A DNA stretch of 32,000 bases from Candidatus Methylomirabilis oxygeniifera (GTDB lineage: Bacteria > Methylomirabilota > Methylomirabilia > Methylomirabilales > Methylomirabilaceae): positions 690,001 to 722,000 of the forward strand of contig FP565575.1 of assembly GCA_000091165.1 (NCBI GenBank). The letters are read 5' to 3'. A model generated the notes under the pieces. The model made no database searches. It was not told the origin of the DNA and saw nothing but the letters and a program-made list of their open reading frames with translations. A program made the position numbers and the translations under genes. Each line of letters starts with the position of its first letter. Position 1 is the first letter of the stretch. Below are positions 1 to 9,005 of the stretch, piece by piece.

Positions 1-2
1 CA

Positions 3-692
3 TGTCATGGTCCGGGAGGTCCGCACACCGATACGGAGGGCGGCGCCATCGGGACGTTGATGACCTTCAAGAAAGGCGCAGAGCCGGTCGAAGCGCAGAA
101 TGCCACGTGTGTGAACGGCTGCCACGAAAAGGGCGAGCACACCTTCTGGAGGGGAAGCACCCACGAATCACGGGGGGTGGCGTGCGTATCATGTCACAAG
201 GTGATGGGGTCGGTGTCCGACCGATACAATCTGACGAAGCCGACCGCGATCGAGGTCTGCTCGCAGTGCCACCAGACCCGACGAGCCCAGCTCCAACGCA
301 GCTCCCACATGCCGCTGCGCGAGGGAAAGATCAGTTGCAGCGACTGCCACAACCCTCACGGGACTGCGACACAGGCTATGCTTCGCGAAGACTCCGTCAA
401 TGAGAACTGCTACACGTGTCATGCCGAGAAACGGGGACCGTTTCTGTGGGAGCATGCGCCCGTCATTGAGAGCTGTACGAACTGCCATGAGCCGCACGGC
501 TCCACCAATGCAAGGCTCCTGAAGGTCAGGATTCCGCGCCTCTGTCAGCAGTGTCACGTCGAGACCCGACACCCGACCAATCCATACGATCCGACAACCG
601 GATCGAGGTTTGTCGTCAACCGAGGTTGTACCAACTGCCACCAGAAGATCCATGGATCTAACCATCCCTCAGGGTTCGCCTTCACGAACTGA
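3..692 (+). CDS. MtrA/DmsE/PioA-family periplasmic decahaem cytochrome c (5' end lies outside the window)
   Basis: Frame 3 is open from nt 3 (tgt cat ggt = CHG..., the tail of a haem motif), so the Met at 57 is internal. Visible haem sites are 7 CxxCH, one CxxxCH (CVNGCH, nt 108-125) and the truncated ..CH. The C-terminus CTNCHQKIHGSNHPSGFAF is the typical ending of DmsE/MtrA-family decahaems. A strong SD (GGAGGAGGTG) and an MtrB/PioB-like gene follow 35 nt downstream. Confidence 0.85.
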   Translation, partial: CHGPGGPHTDTEGGAIGTLMTFKKGAEPVEAQNATCVNGCHEKGEHTFWRGSTHESRGVACVSCHKVMGSVSDRYNLTKPTAIEVCSQCHQTRRAQLQRSSHMPLREGKISCSDCHNPHGTATQAMLREDSVNENCYTCHAEKRGPFLWEHAPVIESCTNCHEPHGSTNARLLKVRIPRLCQQCHVETRHPTNPYDPTTGSRFVVNRGCTNCHQKIHGSNHPSGFAFTN

Positions 693-727
693 GGTTTGCG
701 ATCTGCAGCACACGGAGGAGGTGGGCC

Positions 728-3127
728 ATGGGCGCATTGCTTGGAATAAGACGATTTGGTCGCACGCTGCTGCTCGCCTTCGCCCTGCTGTCGGCGGCCG
801 TCGCCTCAGGTTACGCCGAACAGCCCTCTCCGCAGGAGGCCATCCCTTCTTGGGTCAACTGGCTCAATACCGGGCTGCCCTTTGATTTTGAGCTGACCGG
901 ATTGGATGTTGAGGGTGGCTATCGCGACATCGACGGCCGTCGGAGTTCGGCCAAGTTCCAGGAGTACCGTGTCCTTGAAGAGAGTCCCTTTTTGGATCAC
1001 CTTCGTCTCTCCCTGGAGACCAAAGATAAAAGGCGCTACATCGACTTCACCGCCATTGACAGCTTTAAGCAGGATCAGAGCTACCTGTTTCGACTGGGGC
1101 AGTACGGCGACTATGATCTGGAGATCTTCTGGGATCAGGTTCCGCATTTGTTGAGTACGACGGGACGGACCCTGTTCTCGACGACGCATAAAGACAGTAC
1201 CTCGTTTTTGACTCTGCCCGCTGGTGTTGCCTCAACAGTCCAGGGCGCGACCCCCGCGACAAGAGCCTCCATGTTGGCCGGTTTTCTTGCGAATGCGGCG
1301 CCGGTCGATCTGTCGTTTCTCACAAGTAAGGCAGGGTTTCGATTCAAGTACGCCTTGAGCGAGTCGCTCGGTATGGGGGTCCGTTACACCTATACGGAGA
1401 AAGACGGGACGATTCCGTTCGGCGCAGGCTTCAGCAGCCCGGGTGGCAACATCGTAGAGCTTCCCGCGCCTCTCTTTCATCGAACCCACCAGGTCGAGGT
1501 GAAAACCGAGTATGCGAAGCCAGGCTGGAATATCGGCCTAGGCTATGCCGCCTCGATCTTCGACCAGGGGATCAAGAATATCGTGTTCGACAATCCGCTC
1601 TCGGCGACCAACAGTCCGACCGCCTCGGCGAGCGGGCGAACGACCATGGACCCGAGTAACCATGCCCATAATGTATTTCTGTCTGGCGGCGTCTCTCTTC
1701 CTTTGCGCACCCGGATCACCGGCAAGTTTTCCTACGGTTGGCGGTTTCAGGACGCGACATTCGTTTCGCACACCATCAATCCGGCCCTGGCCGCCGATCC
1801 TCAGTTGGCTCTCCCCAGACGTGATCTCGACGGCGATATCAGGACGGCTCTGGTAACCGTCAACGCGACGAGCCGCCCGCTTGCCGCTCTGCCGCTGACA
1901 CTCAATGGCGGCTACCGCTTCTATGACTTCGATAACCGATCGTCTGAGATCGAGTTTGCCGCGCATACAGTCCGGGATACGTCGCTCACAGCCGAGACCC
2001 GCGTCAACGCGCCCTACTCCTATACGAAGCACAACGCACATCTGGATGCGGGGTATGCTCTTCTCAGCGACCTTCATATCAAGTTGGGTTACGAGTGGGA
2101 GCGATGGGACCGCGACCCCACACTCCGCGAGGTGCCGACCAGCGATGAGCACTTCTTGAAGACCAGTGCGGATTACTCGCCGCTCGACTGGCTCCTGCTC
2201 CGCGCCGCCTACCGACGGAGTTGGCGCGACATCAGCAATTACAATACGCAGGCTCACCAGGCCCATGTGGTGCAGGACATTGAAGGAGAGGAATTTGCCC
2301 TGAATCTCCAGGGTCAGTCGCGCCTGCTTCGGAAGTTCGACGAAGCCGACCGGACCCGGGACAGGATCGAGGTTCTCGCGTCAATCACCCCGTTCGAGAC
2401 GCTGAACTTTACGACCACCTATAGTCTTCTTCGAGATGATTTTGACCAGTCTTCGCTCGGACTACAGGAATCGTGGGGATGGAGCCTGGGCGGTGATGTC
2501 ACCTATAGTCCCTTCTCATGGCTCTCGCTCTTCGTGAACTATATGAGGGAGGAGTTTAAGTACGATCAACTCTCCCGTTCCAGACCGGTCATCAGCAACG
2601 TCTCTACGGCGACCACACCGGCGGCAGGGTGTGCGTTCACGAATCCCACGGCTGCGGTCAGCAACGTGGTGTGCGACTTTGCCGATTTCAACTGGAGAAG
2701 TCTGAACAGAGACAAGGTTGATACCTATGGGGTCGGCGCCGACGTCAGCCTGATCCCCAAACGTCTCAATTTCCGGCTGACCTACACCTTCTCGGATGCC
2801 GACACGATCATTAATTCGTTCAATCCGGTGACGCCGACCAGTGGCACCGTGGCCCAGCAAGCGAGCGCAAAAGCCGTTCGCTATCCCCTGTCGAATACGA
2901 ACCTGCACACGCTGATTGCGGCGCTTCGCTATAACCTGACCAGCAACTGGAGTCTCAAAGGCGAATATCGATTTGAGCAGTTTCGGGAGAAGGACTGGTC
3001 GACCGACGCGATCGGGCAATCAGGCCTCACGAACTTGCCGCCAACGACCGATACCTTCTTAGGCGCTCGGTTTCTCCAGAATTACGACGCGCACATCGGC
3101 GCGTTTACGCTTCGCTACCAGTTCTGA
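728..3127 (+). CDS. MtrB/PioB-family outer-membrane beta-barrel, porin partner of the decahaem cytochrome
   Basis: 799 aa with an N-terminal signal peptide (RTLLLAFALLSAAVASGYA|EQ) and no later hydrophobic helices. The sequence has a Y/G/D/N/T/R-rich alternating pattern typical of long beta-strands and the OMP-type terminal aromatic ...FTLRYQF. Size and position directly after an MtrA-type gene match MtrB/PioB/MtoB. No haem motif. Confidence 0.8.
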   Translation: MGALLGIRRFGRTLLLAFALLSAAVASGYAEQPSPQEAIPSWVNWLNTGLPFDFELTGLDVEGGYRDIDGRRSSAKFQEYRVLEESPFLDHLRLSLETKDKRRYIDFTAIDSFKQDQSYLFRLGQYGDYDLEIFWDQVPHLLSTTGRTLFSTTHKDSTSFLTLPAGVASTVQGATPATRASMLAGFLANAAPVDLSFLTSKAGFRFKYALSESLGMGVRYTYTEKDGTIPFGAGFSSPGGNIVELPAPLFHRTHQVEVKTEYAKPGWNIGLGYAASIFDQGIKNIVFDNPLSATNSPTASASGRTTMDPSNHAHNVFLSGGVSLPLRTRITGKFSYGWRFQDATFVSHTINPALAADPQLALPRRDLDGDIRTALVTVNATSRPLAALPLTLNGGYRFYDFDNRSSEIEFAAHTVRDTSLTAETRVNAPYSYTKHNAHLDAGYALLSDLHIKLGYEWERWDRDPTLREVPTSDEHFLKTSADYSPLDWLLLRAAYRRSWRDISNYNTQAHQAHVVQDIEGEEFALNLQGQSRLLRKFDEADRTRDRIEVLASITPFETLNFTTTYSLLRDDFDQSSLGLQESWGWSLGGDVTYSPFSWLSLFVNYMREEFKYDQLSRSRPVISNVSTATTPAAGCAFTNPTAAVSNVVCDFADFNWRSLNRDKVDTYGVGADVSLIPKRLNFRLTYTFSDADTIINSFNPVTPTSGTVAQQASAKAVRYPLSNTNLHTLIAALRYNLTSNWSLKGEYRFEQFREKDWSTDAIGQSGLTNLPPTTDTFLGARFLQNYDAHIGAFTLRYQF

Positions 3128-3253
3128 GCGAGTCTCCGTATTCCAGGCGTCTCGCTGATGTGTTAGCATGTTGCCTGCGAACGGAGCAGGCAAGCCGGCC
3201 TGCCGGGCGTCGGTCTGGCGGCTGGCTTTTCATATTTAAGACTGAAGGAGGGA

Positions 3254-3709
3254 ATGGTGGTGTCACAGCAAGACGAACACGTCGATCGCGGGCGGCGAGC
3301 GGTGAATTGGCTGCTGGGGAGTTCCCTCGGTGTGCTCTTCGTATCCATTCTGTACCCGATTGCGAAATACTTGATCCCTCCAAAACTTGCCGAGCCGACT
3401 ACGTTCAGCGTGACCCTTCCCTGGAAGCTTGCGGAGTTAAAGGCGAACTCTGGACAGATCTTTCGCTTCAGGAGTCGCCCGGGTATCTTGGTGAAGACCC
3501 AGGCAGGCGAGTTGCGGGCCTTCTCTGCGGTCTGCACACATCTGGAATGCACGGTGCAATACAGGCAAGAGCGGCAGGATATCTGGTGCGCCTGTCATAA
3601 TGGCGTGTACGATCTGAACGGAAAAAATATCAGCGGCCCGCCGCCGCGACCATTGGAGTCCCTGAAGCTGAACGTCAGGGGAGATCAGATTATCGTCATG
3701 AAAGGATAA
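3254..3709 (+). CDS. Rieske [2Fe-2S] subunit of a cytochrome bc/b6f-type complex
   Basis: 151 aa. Both Rieske boxes are present: CTHLEC and CACHNG. The N-terminus has RGRRAV followed by one hydrophobic helix (Tat-type anchor). SD GAAGGAGGGA precedes the ATG. Confidence 0.9.
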   Translation: MVVSQQDEHVDRGRRAVNWLLGSSLGVLFVSILYPIAKYLIPPKLAEPTTFSVTLPWKLAELKANSGQIFRFRSRPGILVKTQAGELRAFSAVCTHLECTVQYRQERQDIWCACHNGVYDLNGKNISGPPPRPLESLKLNVRGDQIIVMKG

Positions 3710-3714
3710 GTGAG

Positions 3715-4803
3715 GTGGGGGGGATTCGAATCACGGCCTGGCTCGAAGAGCGAATCGATCTCTGGCCGCTCAGACATTTTATCGGGAAGAAGGTCATCCC
3801 CGTCCATCGTCATACCGTCTGGTATTATTTCGGCGGGATGACGCTCTTTCTCTTCATGATCCAGGTGGCAACAGGGATCCTGTTGACCCTCTACTACAGG
3901 CCCAGCGGCGAAGAGGCGTACGAGAGCGTGCAATTCATCATGACCGACGTCCAATTCGGGTGGCTTGTTCGGTCAATTCATAGCTGGTCGGCCAACCTGA
4001 TGGTGCTGATGATGATGATCCACGTGTTCAGTGTCTACCTGACCCAGGCCTACCGAAAGCCGCGAGAGCTGACGTGGGTCACCGGCATGATGCTGTTCGG
4101 CATTGTCCTGTTTTTCGGCTTCAGTGGGTATCTGCTGCCGTGGAACGTGCTGTCGTATTTCGCGACCAAAGTCGGAACTGAGATTGCCGGGCAGTTCCCA
4201 CTGATAGGTCCCGTGCTGATGCGCCTCCTCCGGGGTAGCGACGAGGTGACCGGCGCGACGGTCTCTCGCTTTTACGGCATTCATATTGCCATTCTGCCGG
4301 CGCTAATGACTGCCATCCTTAGCCTGCATCTGTTTCTGGTCCAGAAGCAGGGGATGAGTGTTCCCCCTGCTGTAGAGCGGGCACACAGAGGGCAGCCGCT
4401 TCCGACCATGCCGTTTGTCCCCAATTTTCTGCTACGAGATCTCTTCGGCTGGTTTGTTACGCTCGGACTCCTGGCCGCCCTGGCCGCGCTGTCGCCGTGG
4501 GAACTGGGGCAAAAGGCCGATCCGTTCGCACCGGCGCCAGCCGGCATCCGACCGGAATGGTACTTTGTCTTCATGTTTCAGAGCTTGAAGTATATCCCGG
4601 CCACGATTGGCCCATTTGAGGGCGAGGTCCTGGGGGTGTTGGGTTACAGCCTAGGCGGGCTTTTCCTCTTGCTGGTCCCATTTCTGGACAAGAAGTCGGC
4701 GTTGGGAGAGCCTAGTCCGCTCTTTCGATGGATCGGGATCGGGATTATTGCGTACATCGTGATCTTTACCGTACTTGGATATATTGCGCCAGGCGTCAAA
4801 TGA
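3715..4803 (+). CDS. Cytochrome b (fused b6 + subunit IV layout) of a bc-type quinol oxidoreductase
   Basis: 362-aa polytopic membrane protein. Paired haem-ligand histidines lie in helices (SIHSWSANL...MIHVFSVY; [10 protein letters not shown]...LSLHLF) and the quinol-site motif PEWYF is present. It starts 6 nt after the Rieske stop (GTG start per ORF track). Confidence 0.9.
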   Translation: MGGIRITAWLEERIDLWPLRHFIGKKVIPVHRHTVWYYFGGMTLFLFMIQVATGILLTLYYRPSGEEAYESVQFIMTDVQFGWLVRSIHSWSANLMVLMMMIHVFSVYLTQAYRKPRELTWVTGMMLFGIVLFFGFSGYLLPWNVLSYFATKVGTEIAGQFPLIGPVLMRLLRGSDEVTGATVSRFYGIHIAILPALMTAILSLHLFLVQKQGMSVPPAVERAHRGQPLPTMPFVPNFLLRDLFGWFVTLGLLAALAALSPWELGQKADPFAPAPAGIRPEWYFVFMFQSLKYIPATIGPFEGEVLGVLGYSLGGLFLLLVPFLDKKSALGEPSPLFRWIGIGIIAYIVIFTVLGYIAPGVK

Positions 4804-4810
4804 GGACGCC

Positions 4811-6079
4811 GTGAAGATCGCACTACGCGTTGTCTTGCTCGGCCTCTTCCTGATCGCAGCCGGTCTTATCTCCATTCCCTCGGAAGCGGCAGAGGATGCC
4901 TGCATTGACTGCCACATCGGATTACGAGAGGAGCGCCTCAGCCGTCCGGCCGTCAAGATTAAAGACGATTACCACCTGGCGCGAGGACTGGGCTGCCAAG
5001 GCTGTCACGGCGGCGATCAGACCGCAATCGACAATAAGGCACAGAGCCACAGTCCGGCCAAGGGGTTTCTGGGTAAACCGAAGCGGCACGCGATCCCTGA
5101 ATCCTGCGGGAGGTGCCACAGCGATCCAACCTATATGCGACAGTTCAACCCGTCGATTCGGACGGACCAGGTCAAGGAATACTATACCAGTGTCCATGGG
5201 AAAAGGCTGCGCGAGGGAGATCAGAAGGTCCCCGTCTGTATCGGGTGCCATGACGTCCATGCTATCCGTGCCATTAAGGACCAGATGGCCTGGACCTATC
5301 CGACCAATGTGGCTGAGACCTGCGGCAGATGCCACGGTAACGCCGACTACATGAAAGCGTACAAGATCCCCACGGATCAGCTTGAGAAGTACAAACAAAG
5401 CGTTCATCACGAGATGTTGACCAGGCGGGCGGATCTCGCCTCTCCGACATGCAGTAGTTGCCACGGCAGTCACGGTGCCACCCCTCCAGGTGTCGATTCG
5501 GTGGCGAATGTCTGTAGCCACTGTCATGTCGTGACGGCCGACCTCTTCGCCAAGAGTCCGCACAAGTCGGCATTCGACGAACTGGGGATGCCGGCGTGCG
5601 TGACATGCCATAGCAATCACGATATTACGCACCCGTCTGATGCGATGCTGGGCGGCGGAGAAGGCACCCCGTGCGCGACGTGCCATGAATCCGACTCTGC
5701 ACCGCTGAAGAAGGCTGCCGAATTACGAGCCAGGATTGAGGGGCTTTCGAGCCGGATCGATCAGGCGATGGCGATCCTGACCAGGGCCGAGCACGCAGGT
5801 ATGGAGATCGGCGCTCCTCGGTTCGAGCTGCTTGCGGCAAAAGAGTCCTTGATCAAGGCCAGGGCAGCCACTCATTCGATCGATGTGGAACAGATTAAGA
5901 CCGATACCGACTCCGGGTTGGTTGTAGCCCAGAAAAGTCTGGAGAGCGGCCAAGGCCTCCTGGCTGAGGTGCAGTTCCGTCGCAAAGGGCTGGCGGCCTC
6001 CATGCTGATCATTGTCGCGGTTCTGGTCGGCCTCTTCCTGAAGATCAGAGCGGTTGATCGGCAAAAAGGGTCCGGCTGA
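4811..6079 (+). CDS. Nonahaem c-type cytochrome with C-terminal membrane anchor, probable cytochrome c subunit of the bc complex
   Basis: Nine CxxCH motifs: CIDCH, CQGCH, CGRCH, CIGCH, CGRCH, CSSCH, CSHCH, CVTCH, CATCH. Signal peptide VKIALRVVLLGLFLIAAGLISIPSEA. The C-terminus has a helical region and a TM helix (ASMLIIVAVLVGLFLKI). The ORF track starts at 4775 inside cytochrome b. The GTG at 4811, 8 nt after the cyt b stop, precedes the signal peptide and is preferred. Confidence 0.8.
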   Translation: MKIALRVVLLGLFLIAAGLISIPSEAAEDACIDCHIGLREERLSRPAVKIKDDYHLARGLGCQGCHGGDQTAIDNKAQSHSPAKGFLGKPKRHAIPESCGRCHSDPTYMRQFNPSIRTDQVKEYYTSVHGKRLREGDQKVPVCIGCHDVHAIRAIKDQMAWTYPTNVAETCGRCHGNADYMKAYKIPTDQLEKYKQSVHHEMLTRRADLASPTCSSCHGSHGATPPGVDSVANVCSHCHVVTADLFAKSPHKSAFDELGMPACVTCHSNHDITHPSDAMLGGGEGTPCATCHESDSAPLKKAAELRARIEGLSSRIDQAMAILTRAEHAGMEIGAPRFELLAAKESLIKARAATHSIDVEQIKTDTDSGLVVAQKSLESGQGLLAEVQFRRKGLAASMLIIVAVLVGLFLKIRAVDRQKGSG

Positions 6080-6142
6080 GATGCTGCCGGTCTTGACATG
6101 GATAGGTGGAGTGGCTATAGTTCGCATGATAGCGAGCCGCTC

Positions 6143-6293
6143 AATGAACTACCTCGCAGCAAGCTGCAGGGTATCGTTTTCTGTTGTGGCCCGTCATTCC
6201 GTGCTTGACACGGAATCCAGTCGGGCCCTCTGGATACCGGCTTCAGCCGGTATGAGGCTCGATATAAGCCGCGGGGAATGAACCCCCGGTGGA
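6143..6293 (+). repeat. Multi-hairpin intergenic repeat, copy A (REP/MITE-like)
   Basis: nt 6189-6218 is an exact 30-nt reverse complement of 15701-15730. Homology extends to 6143-6218 versus 15701-15776 (66/76 by hand alignment). Hairpins: CCTCGCAG-caag-CTGCAGGG, ATTCCGTG-cttga-CACGGAAT and ATACCGGC-ttca-GCCGGTAT (copy A only). GAATGA(A)C motifs recur at 6143, 6277, 6311 and 6319. Confidence 0.8.
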
Positions 6294-6352
6294 TTCAATT
6301 CGATAGACGTAATGACGCAATGAACGCAATAGACCTTTCGTAAGGAGGAAGC

Positions 6353-6736
6353 ATGAGATCAATGATCGGAAGGAGCGCGGCGCTTACTCTGGCGTGCCTC
6401 CTCATCGTAAGCGTCACACCGACTCGCAGTCTGGCCCAGGCGAAGCCGAAGATCCCCCCTCCCTTCGCGTTCGAGCAGACGACCAAGGATGAGGCAGGGA
6501 ACCCCAGCCCAGGAAAGGTGACGTTCGATCACAATAAGCATATAGAAAAAGGTCAGAAGTGCCTGAACTGCCACGGCAAGGGTAAACCGTTCAAGACCAA
6601 GATTGGAACCTCTCCGAATCTTACCATGAAGGCCTACGATGAAGGGAAGGCGTGCGGTACCTGCCATGACGGGAAGGTTGCCTTCTCCACAAAGGAGATG
6701 GGTAACTGCCTGAAGTGCCATAAGGTGCCATCATAG
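6353..6736 (+). CDS. Trihaem cytochrome c7 / c3-family periplasmic cytochrome
   Basis: 127 aa with signal peptide (ALTLACLLIVSVTPTRSLA|QA) and three CxxCH motifs (CLNCH, CGTCH, CLKCH). The pattern VTFDHNKH...C..CH and a small Lys-rich mature domain are as in PpcA-type c7 cytochromes. SD TAAGGAGGAAGC precedes the ATG. Confidence 0.8.
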   Translation: MRSMIGRSAALTLACLLIVSVTPTRSLAQAKPKIPPPFAFEQTTKDEAGNPSPGKVTFDHNKHIEKGQKCLNCHGKGKPFKTKIGTSPNLTMKAYDEGKACGTCHDGKVAFSTKEMGNCLKCHKVPS

Positions 6737-6808
6737 TTCCGTATCTGTACGGCACCGAGACATAGCGGCGAGGTTGGGGCGGGTGATCGGCTTGTGGATC
6801 CGCCTATT

Positions 6809-6837
6809 CGCGATCGCCGCTATCGCGCGTTTTGTTT
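6809..6837 (+). terminator. Weak intrinsic-terminator-like hairpin after the c7 gene
   Basis: CGCGAT-cgccgct-ATCGCG (6-bp stem, 6809-6827) followed by cgTTTTgTTTg. It overlaps the TTG at 6832 that the ORF track uses as the next gene's start, which argues for a later start (GTG 6844 or 6868). Confidence 0.25.
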
Positions 6838-8991
6838 GAGAACGTGGGTGGCCATACCATTTCGCGCGTGATAACCGGGAGCGTACGCTTCGGGAAGGCG
6901 ACCGGAAGCCTTTACCTTGTCTGGCTGTGTCTGACGATCATTGTGAATCCCGTTGGGGCTGTCGCGGAGGCTGCTCCTGCCTCTGCGGAGTGCCTGACCT
7001 GCCACGACGATTCCGACGACCCCGTTCAATCCCCACACCAAACACTGGGCTGCGTCGGGTGCCATGCCGACATCTCAGACGGGCCTCACATTACCACGCC
7101 CAAGCCGGTCCGTTGCGGCGCATGCCATCGCAAGTCCCATGAGACGGTTCCGGAGAGCGCTCATGCCACACTGGGTGGCAGTGGGCCCAGCGCTGGTTGC
7201 ATCGCCTGTCATGGCAGCCATCGGATTCAGAAGATAGTTGCCGATTCCGATGTCATCTGCTCGTCGTGCCATGGCCGACAGGCCAAGCAAATGGCGGTCG
7301 GCATCCATGCTGCCGGCCGGGCAGATAAGACTCGGAACCTGCCCACCTGCGTGACGTGCCACACAGCGCACGCCTCTAAATCTCGCCGGGACGCTGTCTC
7401 TCCCACACATCGCTCTCAGATTCACGAAACCTGCGCCCGCTGCCATGCCGATCCGGAAATCATTGCCCAGGAACGGATCGCGAGGCCGCGGGTTGTGGCG
7501 CTGTTCGAGCAGAGTATCCACGGACAGGCTATCCTGCGGAAAGGTAATCTCGCGGCCGCAACCTGCACCGATTGTCACGGTGCGCATGAGATCCGGCGAG
7601 GCGTCGATCCGGCCTCGGCCATCTTCAAGGGAAACGTGGCCGCGACCTGCAGCCGTTGTCACGGCAACGAGGCGGCGCAGTTCCGGGATAGTGTGCACGG
7701 GGGGGCCGTCTCACGTGGGATTTCGGCGGCGCCGACATGTACCGATTGCCACGGAGAGCATGGGATTACCGCCACTCGTGCTCCAGGATCACGGGTCGCG
7801 CCGCTGACGGTCTCCAAGACCTGTGCTGCCTGCCATGAGGCGACGCCGGTGGTCGAGGAGTTTGGTCTCGCGCCGCGTCGAGCCGGAACGTTCTTTGAGA
7901 GCTTCCATGGTCTGGCGGTGAGGGGTGGGTCGCCCGTTGTGGCCAACTGTGCAAGCTGCCACGGAATCCACAACATCCATCCCTCCTCCGATCCTCGTTC
8001 TACCATCAACCCGATGAACCTCTCGCGGACCTGCGGACAGTGCCACCGGGGCGCCGGTGTACAATTGGCCGGCGTCCGGATTCACGTAGCTCCAGGATTC
8101 GGCGAACATCCATGGGTGACGCTGGTCCGACGGATCTACCTCGTGATGATCGTTGTCGTCATCGGCGGGATGGGCCTGCACAACGGACTTGACTTCCTGG
8201 CGCATCTGCGAGAGCGTTGGCGGGCAGAGGGCCGGCCGGACGGCGAACCCGCCGTACTCCCCGAGGTAGCGCACCGGCTCTTTGAACGCTGGACACTCAA
8301 TGAGCGAATTCAGCACGTCATGCTGTTGGCGACCTTCACGATCCTGGTGATCACGGGCTTTGCCCTGAAGTTTCCTGATTCGTGGTGGGCGCGGCCGCTA
8401 GTCTGGATCGAAAGAGGGTATACCGTTCGAGCGTGGCTCCATCGAATCTCCGGCGTGCTCATGGCGCTGGCGGCCATATACCATCTGGCGTATCTGTTCG
8501 GCACACAACGTGGTCGAACGCAGTTCCGATGCATGAAACCCGGGCGACGGGACTTGCATGAGGCGTGGGGAATGGTGGCCTTTAACCTGGGCCTGAGGTT
8601 GCACCGGCCGCGTTTCCATCGCTTTACATACGCGGAGAAACTGGAGTACTGGGCGGTCATATGGGGCACTGCCGTGATGACCGGCACCGGGTTTATGATG
8701 TGGTTTCAGGCCGGTGTGCTGACGCGCTGGTCCCTTCTCGTCATTGACCTGGCGACCGTCGTCCATTATTACGAGGCCTGGCTTGCCACGTCGGCCATTG
8801 TCGTCTGGCACTTCTACAGCGTCATCTTCCGGCCTGATATCTACCCGATGAGTCCGGTCTGGCTGAGGGGGACGATGACGGGGGAGCAGATGGCACGGGA
8901 TCACGCCGCCGAACTGGAGGAGATCCTTGCAGCAGAAACCGTATCCAGCTCATTGCCTGGCGATGAGATGACTTCACCGCAGGACAGCTAA
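6832..8991 (+). CDS. CbcL-like fusion: 13-haem periplasmic cytochrome c domain + FdnI/HydC-type membrane cytochrome b domain
   Basis: The N-terminal ~420 aa carry 13 CxxCH motifs (CLTCH ... CGQCH). The C-terminal ~290 aa have 5 hydrophobic helices with conserved His (HVMLLATFTILVITGF, WLHRISGVLMALAAIYHLAYL, VVHYYEAWLATSAIVVWHFY), as in Ni/Fe-hydrogenase / formate dehydrogenase b-type cytochromes. The start is uncertain (TTG 6832, GTG 6844 or GTG 6868); the signal-like segment is LYLVWLCLTIIVNPVGAVAEA. Confidence 0.85.
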   Translation: MFENVGGHTISRVITGSVRFGKATGSLYLVWLCLTIIVNPVGAVAEAAPASAECLTCHDDSDDPVQSPHQTLGCVGCHADISDGPHITTPKPVRCGACHRKSHETVPESAHATLGGSGPSAGCIACHGSHRIQKIVADSDVICSSCHGRQAKQMAVGIHAAGRADKTRNLPTCVTCHTAHASKSRRDAVSPTHRSQIHETCARCHADPEIIAQERIARPRVVALFEQSIHGQAILRKGNLAAATCTDCHGAHEIRRGVDPASAIFKGNVAATCSRCHGNEAAQFRDSVHGGAVSRGISAAPTCTDCHGEHGITATRAPGSRVAPLTVSKTCAACHEATPVVEEFGLAPRRAGTFFESFHGLAVRGGSPVVANCASCHGIHNIHPSSDPRSTINPMNLSRTCGQCHRGAGVQLAGVRIHVAPGFGEHPWVTLVRRIYLVMIVVVIGGMGLHNGLDFLAHLRERWRAEGRPDGEPAVLPEVAHRLFERWTLNERIQHVMLLATFTILVITGFALKFPDSWWARPLVWIERGYTVRAWLHRISGVLMALAAIYHLAYLFGTQRGRTQFRCMKPGRRDLHEAWGMVAFNLGLRLHRPRFHRFTYAEKLEYWAVIWGTAVMTGTGFMMWFQAGVLTRWSLLVIDLATVVHYYEAWLATSAIVVWHFYSVIFRPDIYPMSPVWLRGTMTGEQMARDHAAELEEILAAETVSSSLPGDEMTSPQDS

Positions 8992-9005
8992 GGTGAGACG
9001 ATCAG

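Noticed and set aside
1538-2266. Long antisense or alternative-frame ORFs inside large genes (e.g. 1538-2266, 4922-5686, 7075-7698, 7789-8316, 8398-8904, 9129-9842, 10449-11231, 18099-18743, 20428-21135, 27909-28382, 29581-30096, 29951-30556, 2-403)
   Set aside because: These are shadow ORFs expected in GC-rich DNA. They are R/G/P/A-rich, low-complexity and motif-free. Each is fully nested in a gene whose own frame carries unambiguous family motifs.
3171-3193. Perfect 8-bp hairpin TTGCCTGC-gaacgga-GCAGGCAA between the MtrB-like and Rieske genes
   Set aside because: No T-tract follows it, so it is not a canonical intrinsic terminator. It may be an RNA stability or processing element, but nothing more can be supported.
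6054-6281. 75-aa ORF (…RHSVLDTESSRALWIPASAGMRLDISRGE)
   Set aside because: It is a read-through translation of the hairpin repeat (copy A). It has no RBS, and its peptide pattern is the typical artefact produced by such palindromic repeats.
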